This document shows positions 1-9,967 of a stretch of DNA of 64,000 bases, one piece after another. How positions within the stretch are numbered: the stretch's first letter is position 1; each line of letters opens with the position of its first letter. This DNA comes from an uncultured Microbacteriaceae bacterium (GTDB lineage: Bacteria > Actinomycetota > Actinomycetes > Actinomycetales > Microbacteriaceae): contig CAJAKC010000032.1 of the NCBI GenBank assembly GCA_903940225.1, forward strand, positions 26,171 through 90,170. Direction: 5' to 3'. The notes beneath the pieces were generated by a model. That model was given only the letters and a program-made list of their open reading frames with translations. It searched no databases and had not been told where the DNA came from. The position numbers and the translations under genes are program-made.

Positions 1-81
1 ACCCGTCAAACCTGGAGCAAACACGACATCCCTGATGAACTTCGAGCGCATTGTTGCGCTGGGAACGGGTTCGGCGATTTC

Positions 82-1104
82 CTAGTAGGAAAACGCGGTG
101 GTGTACCCGTTGATTGCGGGTTGCCCGCCCAAGTGTGCGTAAAGCACACGACTTCCCTCGGGGAAGTAACCTTCGCGAACGAGGTCGATCATTGCCGCCA
201 TCGACTTACCTTCGTAAACCGGGTCGGTGATCATTCCATCCATCCGCGCCGCAAGTTCAATCGCCGCGATGGTGCGAGGTCCTGCGATTCCGTAGATGTC
301 GTCGTGCCAGCGGTCGAGCAGAACGATTTCATCGTCGGCAATGTCGCGACCCAGTTCAATTCCTTCAGCAGTCCTGCGGGCAATGCGGGCAATCTGTTCC
401 CACGTCTTTTCGACTGTCGCCGATGCGTCGATCCCCAGAACCGTGGCCGCTCGATTTGAATGTGCGAAACCCGCGATCATCCCCGCCTGTGTCGAGCCCG
501 TCACTGAACACACGATGACGTTCGCGAATTGGAATCCGAGTTCCTTCTCTTGGTCTTCGACCTCAAAAGCCCAGCCGGCAAATCCGTGGCCTCCGAGAGC
601 GTGATCAGACGCGCCGGCCGGAATCGGATACGGCTTGCCACCTCGTTCCTCGACCGACGCGATGGCGTCCTCCCACGATTTGCGGAACCCAATATCGAAA
701 CCGGCGGCATCGAGGCGAACGTCGGCACCGAGAATGCGACTCAACAGAATGTTCCCGGTCTGTTCATAATTCGTTTCGTCCCACTCAACCCAGTGTTCCT
801 GGACGAGAACGGCCTTGAGCCCGAGCTTCGCGGCAACGGCAGCGACCTGACGCGTGTGATTCGATTGCACACCACCGATTGAGACGAGAGTGTCGCAGCC
901 CTGGGCAATGGCCTCCGCTGCGAGGTATTCGAGCTTGCGGGTCTTGTTTCCGCCGAAGGCGATTCCCGAGTTCACGTCTTCGCGCTTTGCCCACAGTTCA
1001 ACCTTGCCGCCGAGGTGTTCTGTCAAGCGGTCAAGCCGGTGAACCGGGGACGGCCCAAATCGTAGGTTGACTCGGGGGAACTTTTCGAGAGCACTGCGCG
1101 ACAC
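82..1104 (-). CDS. acdS: 1-aminocyclopropane-1-carboxylate (ACC) deaminase, PLP-dependent
   Basis: 340-aa ORF, recognisably collinear with Pseudomonas AcdS as I remember it. Motifs: [11 protein letters not shown] (PLP lysine), [44 protein letters not shown]. Confidence 0.88.
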   Translation of the reverse strand: MSRSALEKFPRVNLRFGPSPVHRLDRLTEHLGGKVELWAKREDVNSGIAFGGNKTRKLEYLAAEAIAQGCDTLVSIGGVQSNHTRQVAAVAAKLGLKAVLVQEHWVEWDETNYEQTGNILLSRILGADVRLDAAGFDIGFRKSWEDAIASVEERGGKPYPIPAGASDHALGGHGFAGWAFEVEDQEKELGFQFANVIVCSVTGSTQAGMIAGFAHSNRAATVLGIDASATVEKTWEQIARIARRTAEGIELGRDIADDEIVLLDRWHDDIYGIAGPRTIAAIELAARMDGMITDPVYEGKSMAAMIDLVREGYFPEGSRVLYAHLGGQPAINGYTTAFSY

Positions 1105-1122
1105 GGTCGTCCTTTCGGTGGG

Positions 1123-2463
1123 TTATGCGGGAGGTGTTGCGCCACCCGTGGGGCGACGTCGGCGTTCGCGCGTGCGCGCGGTGCCGGCCGGCTTGTCGAT
1201 CGCTGATTCGGCACGAGGTCCGCGCGTTTCGCGGCGATCTGCCGGCGGGCGACTGGTCGTCTTTTCGGGACGCTGAATTGAGGTCGGTTTGAGCCGACCC
1301 TTCGTTCCCTCGGGGATGTTCAGCTCACTGAAGAGATGCGGTGAGGACGAATATGTTTCGGCGGGGTCCATTGGCATGTCGAGCGCACGGGCGATGAGGT
1401 GCCACTTGTGCATGTCTTCCCAGTCGACGAAGGTCACGGCAACGCCCGTGCGACCTGCTCGGCCGGTGCGACCGACGCGGTGCAAATAGGCCTTGTCGTC
1501 TTCGGGGACGGTGTAGTTGATGACGTGGCTGACGTCGTCGACGTCGATTCCGCGCGCCGCAACGTCCGTCGCAATGAGGATGTCTTTCTTGCCCGCCTTG
1601 AACGCAGCCATTGAGCGCTCACGCGCCTCCTGGCTCATGTCGCCGTGGACGCTGGTTGCCGAGAAGCCGCGATCGGTGAGTTCGTCAGTCACTCGTGACG
1701 CGCTGCGCTTGGTGCGGCAGAAGATGACGACCTTTTCGTGGCCCTCCGCCTGCAGGATGCGCCCTACGATTTCGTCTTTGTCCATGTTGTGCGCGCGATA
1801 CACGACGTGTTTGATGTTGGCCTGAGTGAGCCCCTCGTCCGGGTCGGTCGCGCGGATGTGAATCGGCTTGGTCATGAATCGACGCGCGAGGGCGACGATG
1901 GCGCCGGGCATGGTCGCCGAGAAGAGCATGGTGTGGCGTTGGGGTGGTGTCTGCGCAAACAGTTTTTCCACGTCGGAAAGGAAGCCGAGGTCGAGCATGC
2001 GGTCAGCTTCGTCGAGAACCATGACTTCGACGGCCTTGAACGACAGAAGTCGCTGGCTGGCGAGGTCGAGCAGACGACCGGGGGTTCCGACAATGATTTG
2101 GGCACCGGCCTTGATGAGCTCAACCTGCTCCTCGTAGGCCTTTCCGCCGTAGATGGCGGCAACCTTTGTGGCGCGATTCGCAATCGCGAGTTGGATGTCT
2201 TCGGTCACCTGGACACACAATTCGCGGGTGGGCACGACGATGAGCGCCTTGACACCCGACTCGGGGTTGATTCCTAGGCGCTGGATGAGAGGCAGCCCGA
2301 AACCGAAGGTTTTACCGGTACCGGTCTTCGCCTGGCCGATGATGTCTTGGCCGGCAAGCGCAAGCGGAATCGTTTGCACTTGAATCGGAAACGGGTCGGT
2401 AATGCCATGGCTGGCTAGCGCATCGGCGATGTCATCGTCGATGCCAAGATCACGAAAAGTCAC
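1123..2463 (-). CDS. DEAD-box ATP-dependent RNA helicase with Arg/Pro-rich C-terminal tail
   Basis: Q-motif PFPIQ, AKTGTGKT, DEAD, SAT, HRVGRTGRAG; basic low-complexity C-terminus. Confidence 0.9.
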   Translation of the reverse strand: MTFRDLGIDDDIADALASHGITDPFPIQVQTIPLALAGQDIIGQAKTGTGKTFGFGLPLIQRLGINPESGVKALIVVPTRELCVQVTEDIQLAIANRATKVAAIYGGKAYEEQVELIKAGAQIIVGTPGRLLDLASQRLLSFKAVEVMVLDEADRMLDLGFLSDVEKLFAQTPPQRHTMLFSATMPGAIVALARRFMTKPIHIRATDPDEGLTQANIKHVVYRAHNMDKDEIVGRILQAEGHEKVVIFCRTKRSASRVTDELTDRGFSATSVHGDMSQEARERSMAAFKAGKKDILIATDVAARGIDVDDVSHVINYTVPEDDKAYLHRVGRTGRAGRTGVAVTFVDWEDMHKWHLIARALDMPMDPAETYSSSPHLFSELNIPEGTKGRLKPTSIQRPEKTTSRPPADRRETRGPRAESAIDKPAGTARTRERRRRPTGGATPPA

Positions 2464-2526
2464 ACATAACCCAATCAGTTGGTTCTCCTAGTCTACGCGT
2501 GGGGTGAGACTGCCTATGCTGGTGGC

Positions 2527-3243
2527 GTGGCATCACTCTTTTGGAAGCGCAGCAAGCCGGCGGGGACCGCCCCGACGGTGAGGTCACGCGACGACGACGC
2601 CGGGCAGCGAATCGAGTTCACCGACCTCGCCCCGGAACCGCATGTCTTCCTCGGACAGAGCGCCTATCTCTTTCTTCGCTATGCGGAATCGGCGTCGCGT
2701 CACGCTCACGACGCGACCGACCTCGAATCAGAAGCGACACTCGCCGCTGTCGCCGAGGAGTGTTTTCAGCGTTTCTCAACTCTTGCCGGCGTTCTCGACA
2801 AGCTGAAGGTCGACCGCGTCGAGGCGATGAGTCCGTTCATCGCCCCCACCCGCGAGTTTGAGCGCCGCACGCGCGGCCGCAACTGGACCGAACGGGTCGC
2901 GTGCACCTGGATAACAATGGCGTTCCTGCAGGATTTCTGGCGACGCCTGGCGGAAGGGTTGCCGAAGTCGATTCGTGCCGAGGTTGCCAAGGCTCTGGCA
3001 GACGACACCATGATTAGCGTGTTGCGGAGCGAGTTGGAACGTCGACTGGTTCTGGAGCCGGGTTTGCGTCCCGTGCTCGCGATGTGGGGTAGGCGACTGG
3101 TCGGAGACACCATGCTCATGGCGGAATCGGCGCTGTCGCATCGAGCCGACGCGGATGCGGAATCGGACGGCGTCGAACCCGTGTTCACCGAGATCATCGG
3201 TGCTCACTCGCAGCGAATGGATTCGCTGGGGCTCACTGCCTAG
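2527..3243 (+). CDS. conserved hypothetical protein, possibly ferritin-like fold
   Basis: ORF track begins at TTG 2479. I prefer in-frame GTG 2527 (VASLFWKRSK...) because it leaves a divergent promoter gap to the helicase start at 2463. Function is only a recollection of how neighbours of DEAD helicase/DUF3107 genes are annotated. Confidence 0.4.
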   Translation: MASLFWKRSKPAGTAPTVRSRDDDAGQRIEFTDLAPEPHVFLGQSAYLFLRYAESASRHAHDATDLESEATLAAVAEECFQRFSTLAGVLDKLKVDRVEAMSPFIAPTREFERRTRGRNWTERVACTWITMAFLQDFWRRLAEGLPKSIRAEVAKALADDTMISVLRSELERRLVLEPGLRPVLAMWGRRLVGDTMLMAESALSHRADADAESDGVEPVFTEIIGAHSQRMDSLGLTA

Positions 3244-3461
3244 TTGACGAACCCGACCGGACGCGACTGGGTCGACCCAAATTCGATGTACGCAACGTTC
3301 GCGGCGGGGATCAGATAGGACTGACCCTTGTCGTCGCTGAGGCTGAGGACGCCACCCTTGGCGAGAGCGTCCACGAGTTGTGTGTTGATGTCGGCAGCCT
3401 TCACGTCTGTCTCGAACGACAGTTCACGGGATGCGTGCTGAATTCCAATGCGAATTTCCAT
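3240..3461 (-). CDS. DUF3107 family protein
   Basis: MEIRIGIQHASRELSFETD...LSLSDDKGQSYLIPAANVAYIEFG matches the remembered DUF3107 pattern. Start moved to the internal ATG (residue 11 of the 83-aa ORF). Confidence 0.7.
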   Translation of the reverse strand: MEIRIGIQHASRELSFETDVKAADINTQLVDALAKGGVLSLSDDKGQSYLIPAANVAYIEFGSTQSRPVGFVN

Positions 3462-3507
3462 ACTCCAAGAGTATTCGCTGTCACAGGTCACTTGTACCCT
3501 CTAGGTA

Positions 3508-6500
3508 ATGGACTCCTTCACTCTCGACTCAGACCAACAGGCCGCGCTTGACGCGATCCTGGAGGGTGGCAGTCGCCGAGTGTTCGGTGGGCCGGGAACG
3601 GGCAAGACAGCGCTCATCGTCGAGGCGCTCGCCGCTCTCGTTGAACGCGATGGCCGCGACTCGGTTCGGGTTGTCACGCCCAGCCGCCAATCTGCCACCA
3701 GACTTCGCGATCAATTGTCGTTGCGTATCGGGGTCGCGACGCGCGGCCCACTCGCCCGCAGCATGTCGTCGTTTGCCTACGACATCGTGGCAACCCATCG
3801 CGGACCCGCTTTCCCCGTTCGACTCATTTCTGGCGGTGAACAGGATTCCGACATCAAGAGCCTGCTCGACGGAGAAATCGAGGACGGAACCGGCGGGTAT
3901 TGGCCCGACTCGCTCGGCCCCGAGGTACGGTCATTGCGCGAATTTCGAACGCAATTGCGCGACCTTCTTTCCCGATCCCGCGACGCCGGCGTGGTCGGGT
4001 CGTTGCCATCGGATAAACCGTTACTAGCGGAACTCGCTCAGCGCGGCCGGGATCACGGCATTGACGAATGGGTCGCGTCGGCTCAATTCCTCGACCGGTA
4101 TCTACGACTTGCGGTTCCCGCACGATCCAGCCAGATTGACCCCGCCGCCATTATTGATGCCGCAACCGAGATCGTCGTGGCTGGTGGGCACGAGGGATTG
4201 ACCGCCACGACGTTGTTCGTCGATGACGCACAAGACCTCACGGTGTCGCAGTGGCGTTTTCTTTCGGCATGGAATACCCATCGGGGTTCGGTCATCGCTT
4301 TCGGCGACCCCGACCTCGCAACCTCGGGCTTCCGCGGCTCAACGCCCACGCTCTTCACCGGATCCGAGAACGTCGACGGAAACTTCTGGAAAGAATCCTC
4401 GATCCTGCACACAAACCATCGGCAATCCGGGGTGATGCCCCACGTGCTCGGGGTGATTGCCGCTGCAATCTCCGGCGCTGGGTCGGTCGCCCATCGCTCC
4501 TACCCCGAACCTGCTGAACCTGCCGAGATTCGAAACCTGCCGGGCTTCTCGCTCTTCAGCGCGACGGCGGCGTCACCCGCCGGGGAACTCGACACGATTG
4601 CTCGATTCATCCAAAACCAAACGAAAGACGGCGTCTCGTGCGGCGACATCGCCGTCATCGTGCGTTCGGGGTCGCTCGCCGAGGGGCTCGTCGACTATCT
4701 CACCGCAAGTTCTATTCCCGCATTTGCCGAGACCACGGGATCACCGCTGCGCGACCACCCCGCTGTCTGGTCGATGCTCACCATCATCGCGGTTGGCACG
4801 GGCTACACCCCGTTCACGGCGGAGATCGCACGCCAACTCTTGACGGGGCCGTTCGGCCGTTTGTCTTCCCTCGACTATCGGCGATTCCGCCGTGGGCTGA
4901 GGCTCGACGCGATCACCGCGGGGGATTATCGCCTCGCCGACGACCTCATGATGGAAGCGCTCACCATCCCCGGCGCATTCGCGACGAGCGTCGCACGCGC
5001 CGAAAAGGGAGTATCGCGACTGGTGGCACTGCTGGCTGAGGTCCGTGCGAACACGTCCCGCCAAATTGACGAGTTGCTCTGGCTCGTGTGGTCGAAATCA
5101 GGACGAGCAGATGTCTGGGCAACCGAATCACGGGGCACCGGCCCTGTTGCCGCGCGCGCCCATGAATCACTCGACGCCGTCCTCACACTTTTCGCCGTGG
5201 CTGCGACGGCTCTCGAAAACGAGCCGTCCGAGAAAGTTCCGGTCTTCCTCGCCCGGATGCTTGACCAGAGTGTTCCCAACGACACCCTGACACCACGAGG
5301 TGCACTGGGCTCTGTGACGGTATGCACCCCGGCGGCGGCGATGGGTCGCGAATTCGACACGGTGATTGTTGCCGGAGTCAACGACGGCGTGTGGCCAAAC
5401 CTCCGCGTCCGTAGCGCGCTCGTCAAGTCAACGCTGCTTCCCTACGCGAGTGAAGGGGTGAACCTTGCCACACTCGATCAGCGGCAGGGAATTCTCGCCG
5501 ATGAGGTTCGACAATTCTTCGTCGCGATGTCACGTGCTCGGTCCACCATTCTTGTGACCGCCATTTCGTCCGAAGACGAATCTCCCAGCGGACTGTTCCG
5601 CATTGTTGCCGGCGAACGATTCAAGGGCGACGGCACCGGACCCACCGAACCCGCCGCAAATTCGCGGGCGCAACTATTCATTCCGGACAGCGTATTTGCG
5701 TCACTCGCCGAACTCGTCGGTCATGCGCGGCACATCGTGCTCAACCCGAGAACGTCGACGGCCGACAAGAAACAGGCCGCACTCGCCCTCAAGGAACTCG
5801 CCGCCCGCGGCGTCGGCGGGGCCGATCCTTCCGATTGGCTGGGGCTTGACCTCGGAACAGCGCGCGCGCTCAAAGACGGCGACACGGTGTCGCTTTCACC
5901 GTCTGGACTCAAATCCTTCGCCGAATCGCAGGTTGACTGGTTTGTGTCCCAGGTGGCCGGCGGATCATCCGGGATCGACGCTGCCGTCGGCACGCTCGTG
6001 CACAAGTCCGTTGAACTCGCACCGAAGGGAACCGCGGCCGAACTCAACGCCACCATCGCCGAACGGTGGGCGGAACTCGGGTTCGAATCGCCGTGGCTGG
6101 CGAAGCGTTGGCGGAACCTCGCCGAACTCATGGTCGAAGGGTTGGTCGACTTCATCCGCACGGCCGAACGCGAAGGGTTCGAACCCGTTGCGAACGAGGG
6201 ATACATCAACGTTCCGTTTACGGACCCCGACGACCCGTCACTGCGCGCAGTGGTCAGCGGCTCGATTGACCGCGTGGAGATCAAAGACGATTCGGCCCGC
6301 ATCATCGACATCAAGACGGGCAAGCATGTGGAAAGTGCCGACAACCACCTTCAACTCACCGCCTACCAGTGGGCGCTGAGCAACAACGCCGTCACCGAAT
6401 TGCCCGAGGGAACGACGTCGGCCGGAGCCGCTCTGCTCTACCCGCGCATCAAACCGAACGACGGTCCGTTGTTCACATTCAAGTTTCAAGACACCCTGAC

Positions 6501-6660
6501 CGACGAGCAGATTGCGGAATTTGAGAAGCTTCTCATCAACATCGCACACGTGATGAATTCGAGTGAATTCCAGGGACCGGCTGACGCGACGCGGATCGGC
6601 CGTGAAATCAACTTCAACGGACAGTGGGTCCGAATTGCAGAGGTGGGCAGCGATGAGTGA
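3508..6660 (+). CDS. adnA: AdnA-like helicase-nuclease subunit (UvrD-like motor plus C-terminal RecB/PD-(D/E)XK nuclease)
   Basis: 1050 aa. Walker A FGGPGTGKT; C-terminal GSIDRVE...IIDIKTGK nuclease motif. Paired and overlapping with the adnB-like gene; size and order match mycobacterial AdnAB. Confidence 0.75.
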   Translation: MDSFTLDSDQQAALDAILEGGSRRVFGGPGTGKTALIVEALAALVERDGRDSVRVVTPSRQSATRLRDQLSLRIGVATRGPLARSMSSFAYDIVATHRGPAFPVRLISGGEQDSDIKSLLDGEIEDGTGGYWPDSLGPEVRSLREFRTQLRDLLSRSRDAGVVGSLPSDKPLLAELAQRGRDHGIDEWVASAQFLDRYLRLAVPARSSQIDPAAIIDAATEIVVAGGHEGLTATTLFVDDAQDLTVSQWRFLSAWNTHRGSVIAFGDPDLATSGFRGSTPTLFTGSENVDGNFWKESSILHTNHRQSGVMPHVLGVIAAAISGAGSVAHRSYPEPAEPAEIRNLPGFSLFSATAASPAGELDTIARFIQNQTKDGVSCGDIAVIVRSGSLAEGLVDYLTASSIPAFAETTGSPLRDHPAVWSMLTIIAVGTGYTPFTAEIARQLLTGPFGRLSSLDYRRFRRGLRLDAITAGDYRLADDLMMEALTIPGAFATSVARAEKGVSRLVALLAEVRANTSRQIDELLWLVWSKSGRADVWATESRGTGPVAARAHESLDAVLTLFAVAATALENEPSEKVPVFLARMLDQSVPNDTLTPRGALGSVTVCTPAAAMGREFDTVIVAGVNDGVWPNLRVRSALVKSTLLPYASEGVNLATLDQRQGILADEVRQFFVAMSRARSTILVTAISSEDESPSGLFRIVAGERFKGDGTGPTEPAANSRAQLFIPDSVFASLAELVGHARHIVLNPRTSTADKKQAALALKELAARGVGGADPSDWLGLDLGTARALKDGDTVSLSPSGLKSFAESQVDWFVSQVAGGSSGIDAAVGTLVHKSVELAPKGTAAELNATIAERWAELGFESPWLAKRWRNLAELMVEGLVDFIRTAEREGFEPVANEGYINVPFTDPDDPSLRAVVSGSIDRVEIKDDSARIIDIKTGKHVESADNHLQLTAYQWALSNNAVTELPEGTTSAGAALLYPRIKPNDGPLFTFKFQDTLTDEQIAEFEKLLINIAHVMNSSEFQGPADATRIGREINFNGQWVRIAEVGSDE

Positions 6661-9600
6661 CCCGATCAACCCCGCGATGCTCAAGGAACTGCTGGGGCTC
6701 GATTATGCACCGACACCCGAACAGTGCGACGTCATCGACATGTCACGCGAAGGGGTCCATCTCGTCCTGGCGGGAGCCGGCTCCGGAAAGACCGAGACGA
6801 TGTCGATGCGTGCACTGTGGCTCATCGCCACTCAGGGCGTGAGACCGGACCAGGTTCTCGGGCTGACGTTCACGCGCAAAGCGGCACGCCAACTCTCCGA
6901 GCGCTTCCGCCGGTACATCACCCTCATGATCCAACGACGCGAACACTTCACAGCGGCGGGAATCGACCTCAGTCACCTCGGTAAAGACCCACACGGTTTC
7001 TCCGTGCCGACGGTGTCAACGTACAACGCTTTCGCTGCTCAAATTTTCAGCGACAACGCGGCACGAATCGGGTGGGATTCCGACACACCGGTGATCACGG
7101 AAGCGACCGCGTATGGCATAGCGCGCGATGTCGTCATGGCGACCGAAGGACTCCAACTCGCTGCGATCGATGCATCGATTGACGCAATCGTTGCCGCCGT
7201 AATTCGCCTCTCGAGCGAACTCGCTGAATTCGAAATCGAGGACACAACACCCATCGTTGAGCTTGCACAGGCGTTTGCCGCGATGGCCGATTTTCCGAAC
7301 GAATTAGCCGGGTCACTCGGCATTAAAGACAAATTGGCCAAGGTGGCTGCGCTGGAACAACTCATTCCGGTCGCCCTGGAATACACCAAGGCGAAGCGTT
7401 CGCGCGGAGTCGAATTCGCCGACCAGGTCACGTTCGCGCGAAACATCATCAGCCAATTTGACGATGTGCGCGACGACTACCGCTCGCGTTACGGGGTCGT
7501 CATTCTCGACGAATACCAAGACACGTCCTATGCCCAGACAAAACTCTTTTCGGAACTGTTTGGCGCAGAACGGATCACCGCCGTCGGTGACCCCAATCAG
7601 TCGATTTACGGCTGGCGCGGCGCGAGCCCGGCAAATGTCGCGTCGTTCTATTCCGACTTCGGGTTGCCCATCGCGAAACCGCAACAACTCGTCACGACGT
7701 GGCGAAACGGCACAAAGATTCTCGCCGCAGCAAATACTGTCCTTGCAAATCGAACCCAGCACCTGCCGTTGGATGTTCCCGCGCTGAAGGCCGCACCAAC
7801 CGCAACCACCTTCCCCATCGACGCGACCTTTGCCCCCACGATTGCCGAGGAAGCGGAGCGAGTCGCCGAGTGGTTCACTGCGCGAGCCAAAGAGCTCGTC
7901 GAGGATTCGACGACGGGAGAAAAGAAACCTCCGACGATGGCGATGCTCATCGAAAAACGCACACACGTGAAGCCCTTCCTCGCGGCCTTCGACGCGGCCG
8001 GCGTGAAGTATCACGTTCTCGGCGTCGCCGGCATTCTCAGCAACCCGTTTACGGCCGACCTGTATTGCGCACTCTCCGTTATCGCGGACCCCGCCGCCGG
8101 GGCGCGACTTATTCGGTTGCTTGGCGGAACACGCTGGCGTGTGTCGGTCGACGACCTCTGGTCGTTGCACGGTCACGCTCGAAACCTCAGCCGCAATTAC
8201 ACGAACGCCGAACAGCGCAGCCGACTCGGCAAATCGCTGGCTCCGGACGAAGCGGATTCCCTCGTCGACGCGCTCGACGATCTCCGGTTCACTCCGCGCG
8301 ACCGGATTGAGATGGACGAAGGCCGCGGAGTTAGCCGAGTCCGATTCAGTGACGACGGGTGGGAACGCCTTCGCCGAGCCGCGGAGTTCTTTGCCGAACT
8401 GCGCAGTCACGTCGACCTGTCGATTCCTGACATGGTCAGCGTCACAGCTGCTCGTCTTGGTCTCGACATCGAGGCACGCGCGGTACTCACGCAAAACCCA
8501 TCCGCCCACCGCGAAGCGTTCAACGGCCTTGTCCAGTCGTACCTCGGAATCTCGCAGTCACATTCGCTGAGGGGATTCGTGGACTGGGTGTCTGCCGTCG
8601 AGCGTAAAGAGAAAAACTCGCCGCGCACCGAAGAGCCCGAACCCGGCACCGTGCAAATCTTGACGATTCACACCTCGAAGGGGCTTGAATGGGACGTCGT
8701 CGCTCTGCCGATGTGGACGCGCGACGCCGAACCGAAAACCTCATCGAGCTTCCGCGGCGACCTCTCGACCAAAGCGAACGAACTCGGTTGGCTCAACCTC
8801 GGCGCTCTGCCTCGAGAATTCCGAAAAGACAAAAAATTCTTGCCCGAGTTCGAATGGAGCGGCAAAAAGACTCTCGACGAACTCGACAAGGAATTTTCAG
8901 GAAAATACAACAAGAGCGAGCAGACGGATGGATATTCGGCGCGACTGAAAAAAGAGATTTATCTTCCCGAAGAACGGCGACTCATGTACGTCGCGGTGAC
9001 GCGCGCTCGGCATCGCTTGCACATTTCCGGATCGTGGTGGATCAATCCGCCCACCGACCACCAGCTCATTGTCACCACATCAGTCACCAAACCGTCGCGG
9101 CAAACGAACCAGATTCCCAGCGAGTACTTCGAAGAATTGTGCCTCGCGGTGGACGAAAACGGTGCTCCGCTGATTGATCGCGCAACGGTGGTCGATGAGT
9201 TCCCTGCGGCGAATCCGAGCAAGGAAAAGGGCACGGTGACGTGGCCCCGTGACCCTCTTGGAACACCGGTCAATCGCGCACGTTACGAAACCGCCGCCGA
9301 ACTGGTGCGTTCCGTGTCGGGCACGCTCGACGACTCGTGGGCGGAATCGATCGAACACCTCACCGCGCAACGCGATAACCAAACGGCAGAAGTCCCCGTT
9401 CGAATCCCGGCGTCGCGATACGCGGAATGGGCGATGGATGTCTCGAAAGTCAAAGAAGGAAACCGCCGGCCCGTTCCCTCGCGTCCTTACCGCGCCGCTC
9501 GAATCGGCACGGAAATGCACTTGTGGATTGAACAAGGGGTTTACGACGAAGGGCCCTTCGAGTTTGGCGACAACGATTCGATCGACGATGAAGTCGACAT

Positions 9601-9961
9601 CGACGAATTGAAAGCCACGTTCATCGCGTCCCGTTGGAACGGGATGAAACCGGAACACCGGGAAATCGAGATTCTGTTGCCGCAGGGTCGACACATCGTC
9701 GTGTGCAAGATTGACGCGGTGTTCACGATTGATGGCCGTTGGACGGTTGTCGACTGGAAGACGGGTGCGAAACCCTCGACGGACGACGAGAAAGATGTCA
9801 AGGCGATGCAACTCGTGCTCTACCGCCGTGCTTTTGCGGCGTGGAAGGGCATCCCGGTTACGGACGTTGATGCGGTGTTGTATTACGTCAAACACGACTG
9901 GGAATGGCTTATCGAAGCCGATCGACTTGAGCGCCTCGATGCGCTGCCCATCATCGACTAA
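6653..9961 (+). CDS. adnB: AdnB-like helicase-nuclease subunit
   Basis: AGAGSGKTETM, DEYQDT, GDPNQSIYGWRGA, TIHTSKGLEW, YVAVTRAR; C-terminal KIDAVF...VVDWKTG nuclease motif. Start moved to ATG 6653 (MSDPINPAML), an 8-nt overlap with adnA. Confidence 0.8.
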   Translation: MSDPINPAMLKELLGLDYAPTPEQCDVIDMSREGVHLVLAGAGSGKTETMSMRALWLIATQGVRPDQVLGLTFTRKAARQLSERFRRYITLMIQRREHFTAAGIDLSHLGKDPHGFSVPTVSTYNAFAAQIFSDNAARIGWDSDTPVITEATAYGIARDVVMATEGLQLAAIDASIDAIVAAVIRLSSELAEFEIEDTTPIVELAQAFAAMADFPNELAGSLGIKDKLAKVAALEQLIPVALEYTKAKRSRGVEFADQVTFARNIISQFDDVRDDYRSRYGVVILDEYQDTSYAQTKLFSELFGAERITAVGDPNQSIYGWRGASPANVASFYSDFGLPIAKPQQLVTTWRNGTKILAAANTVLANRTQHLPLDVPALKAAPTATTFPIDATFAPTIAEEAERVAEWFTARAKELVEDSTTGEKKPPTMAMLIEKRTHVKPFLAAFDAAGVKYHVLGVAGILSNPFTADLYCALSVIADPAAGARLIRLLGGTRWRVSVDDLWSLHGHARNLSRNYTNAEQRSRLGKSLAPDEADSLVDALDDLRFTPRDRIEMDEGRGVSRVRFSDDGWERLRRAAEFFAELRSHVDLSIPDMVSVTAARLGLDIEARAVLTQNPSAHREAFNGLVQSYLGISQSHSLRGFVDWVSAVERKEKNSPRTEEPEPGTVQILTIHTSKGLEWDVVALPMWTRDAEPKTSSSFRGDLSTKANELGWLNLGALPREFRKDKKFLPEFEWSGKKTLDELDKEFSGKYNKSEQTDGYSARLKKEIYLPEERRLMYVAVTRARHRLHISGSWWINPPTDHQLIVTTSVTKPSRQTNQIPSEYFEELCLAVDENGAPLIDRATVVDEFPAANPSKEKGTVTWPRDPLGTPVNRARYETAAELVRSVSGTLDDSWAESIEHLTAQRDNQTAEVPVRIPASRYAEWAMDVSKVKEGNRRPVPSRPYRAARIGTEMHLWIEQGVYDEGPFEFGDNDSIDDEVDIDELKATFIASRWNGMKPEHREIEILLPQGRHIVVCKIDAVFTIDGRWTVVDWKTGAKPSTDDEKDVKAMQLVLYRRAFAAWKGIPVTDVDAVLYYVKHDWEWLIEADRLERLDALPIID

Positions 9962-9967
9962 ACCGCG

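Noticed and set aside
2-85. Possible 3' end of a plus-strand gene entering from the left edge (..[15 protein letters not shown] stop at 83-85).
   Set aside because: Only 27 codons are visible with no recognisable motif, so neither the CDS nor a function can be supported.
7313-8509. A long antisense ORF of 398 aa here. Similar ones lie at 9080-9895, 10139-11140, 20472-21479, 31830-32783, 43617-44543, 44707-45711, 46505-47353, 54322-54972, 56342-57262 and 58160-58864.
   Set aside because: Each lies entirely opposite a gene with strong family motifs. Their products are Arg/Pro/Gly-rich low-complexity sequences typical of shadow ORFs in high-GC DNA, and I recognised no motifs in them.
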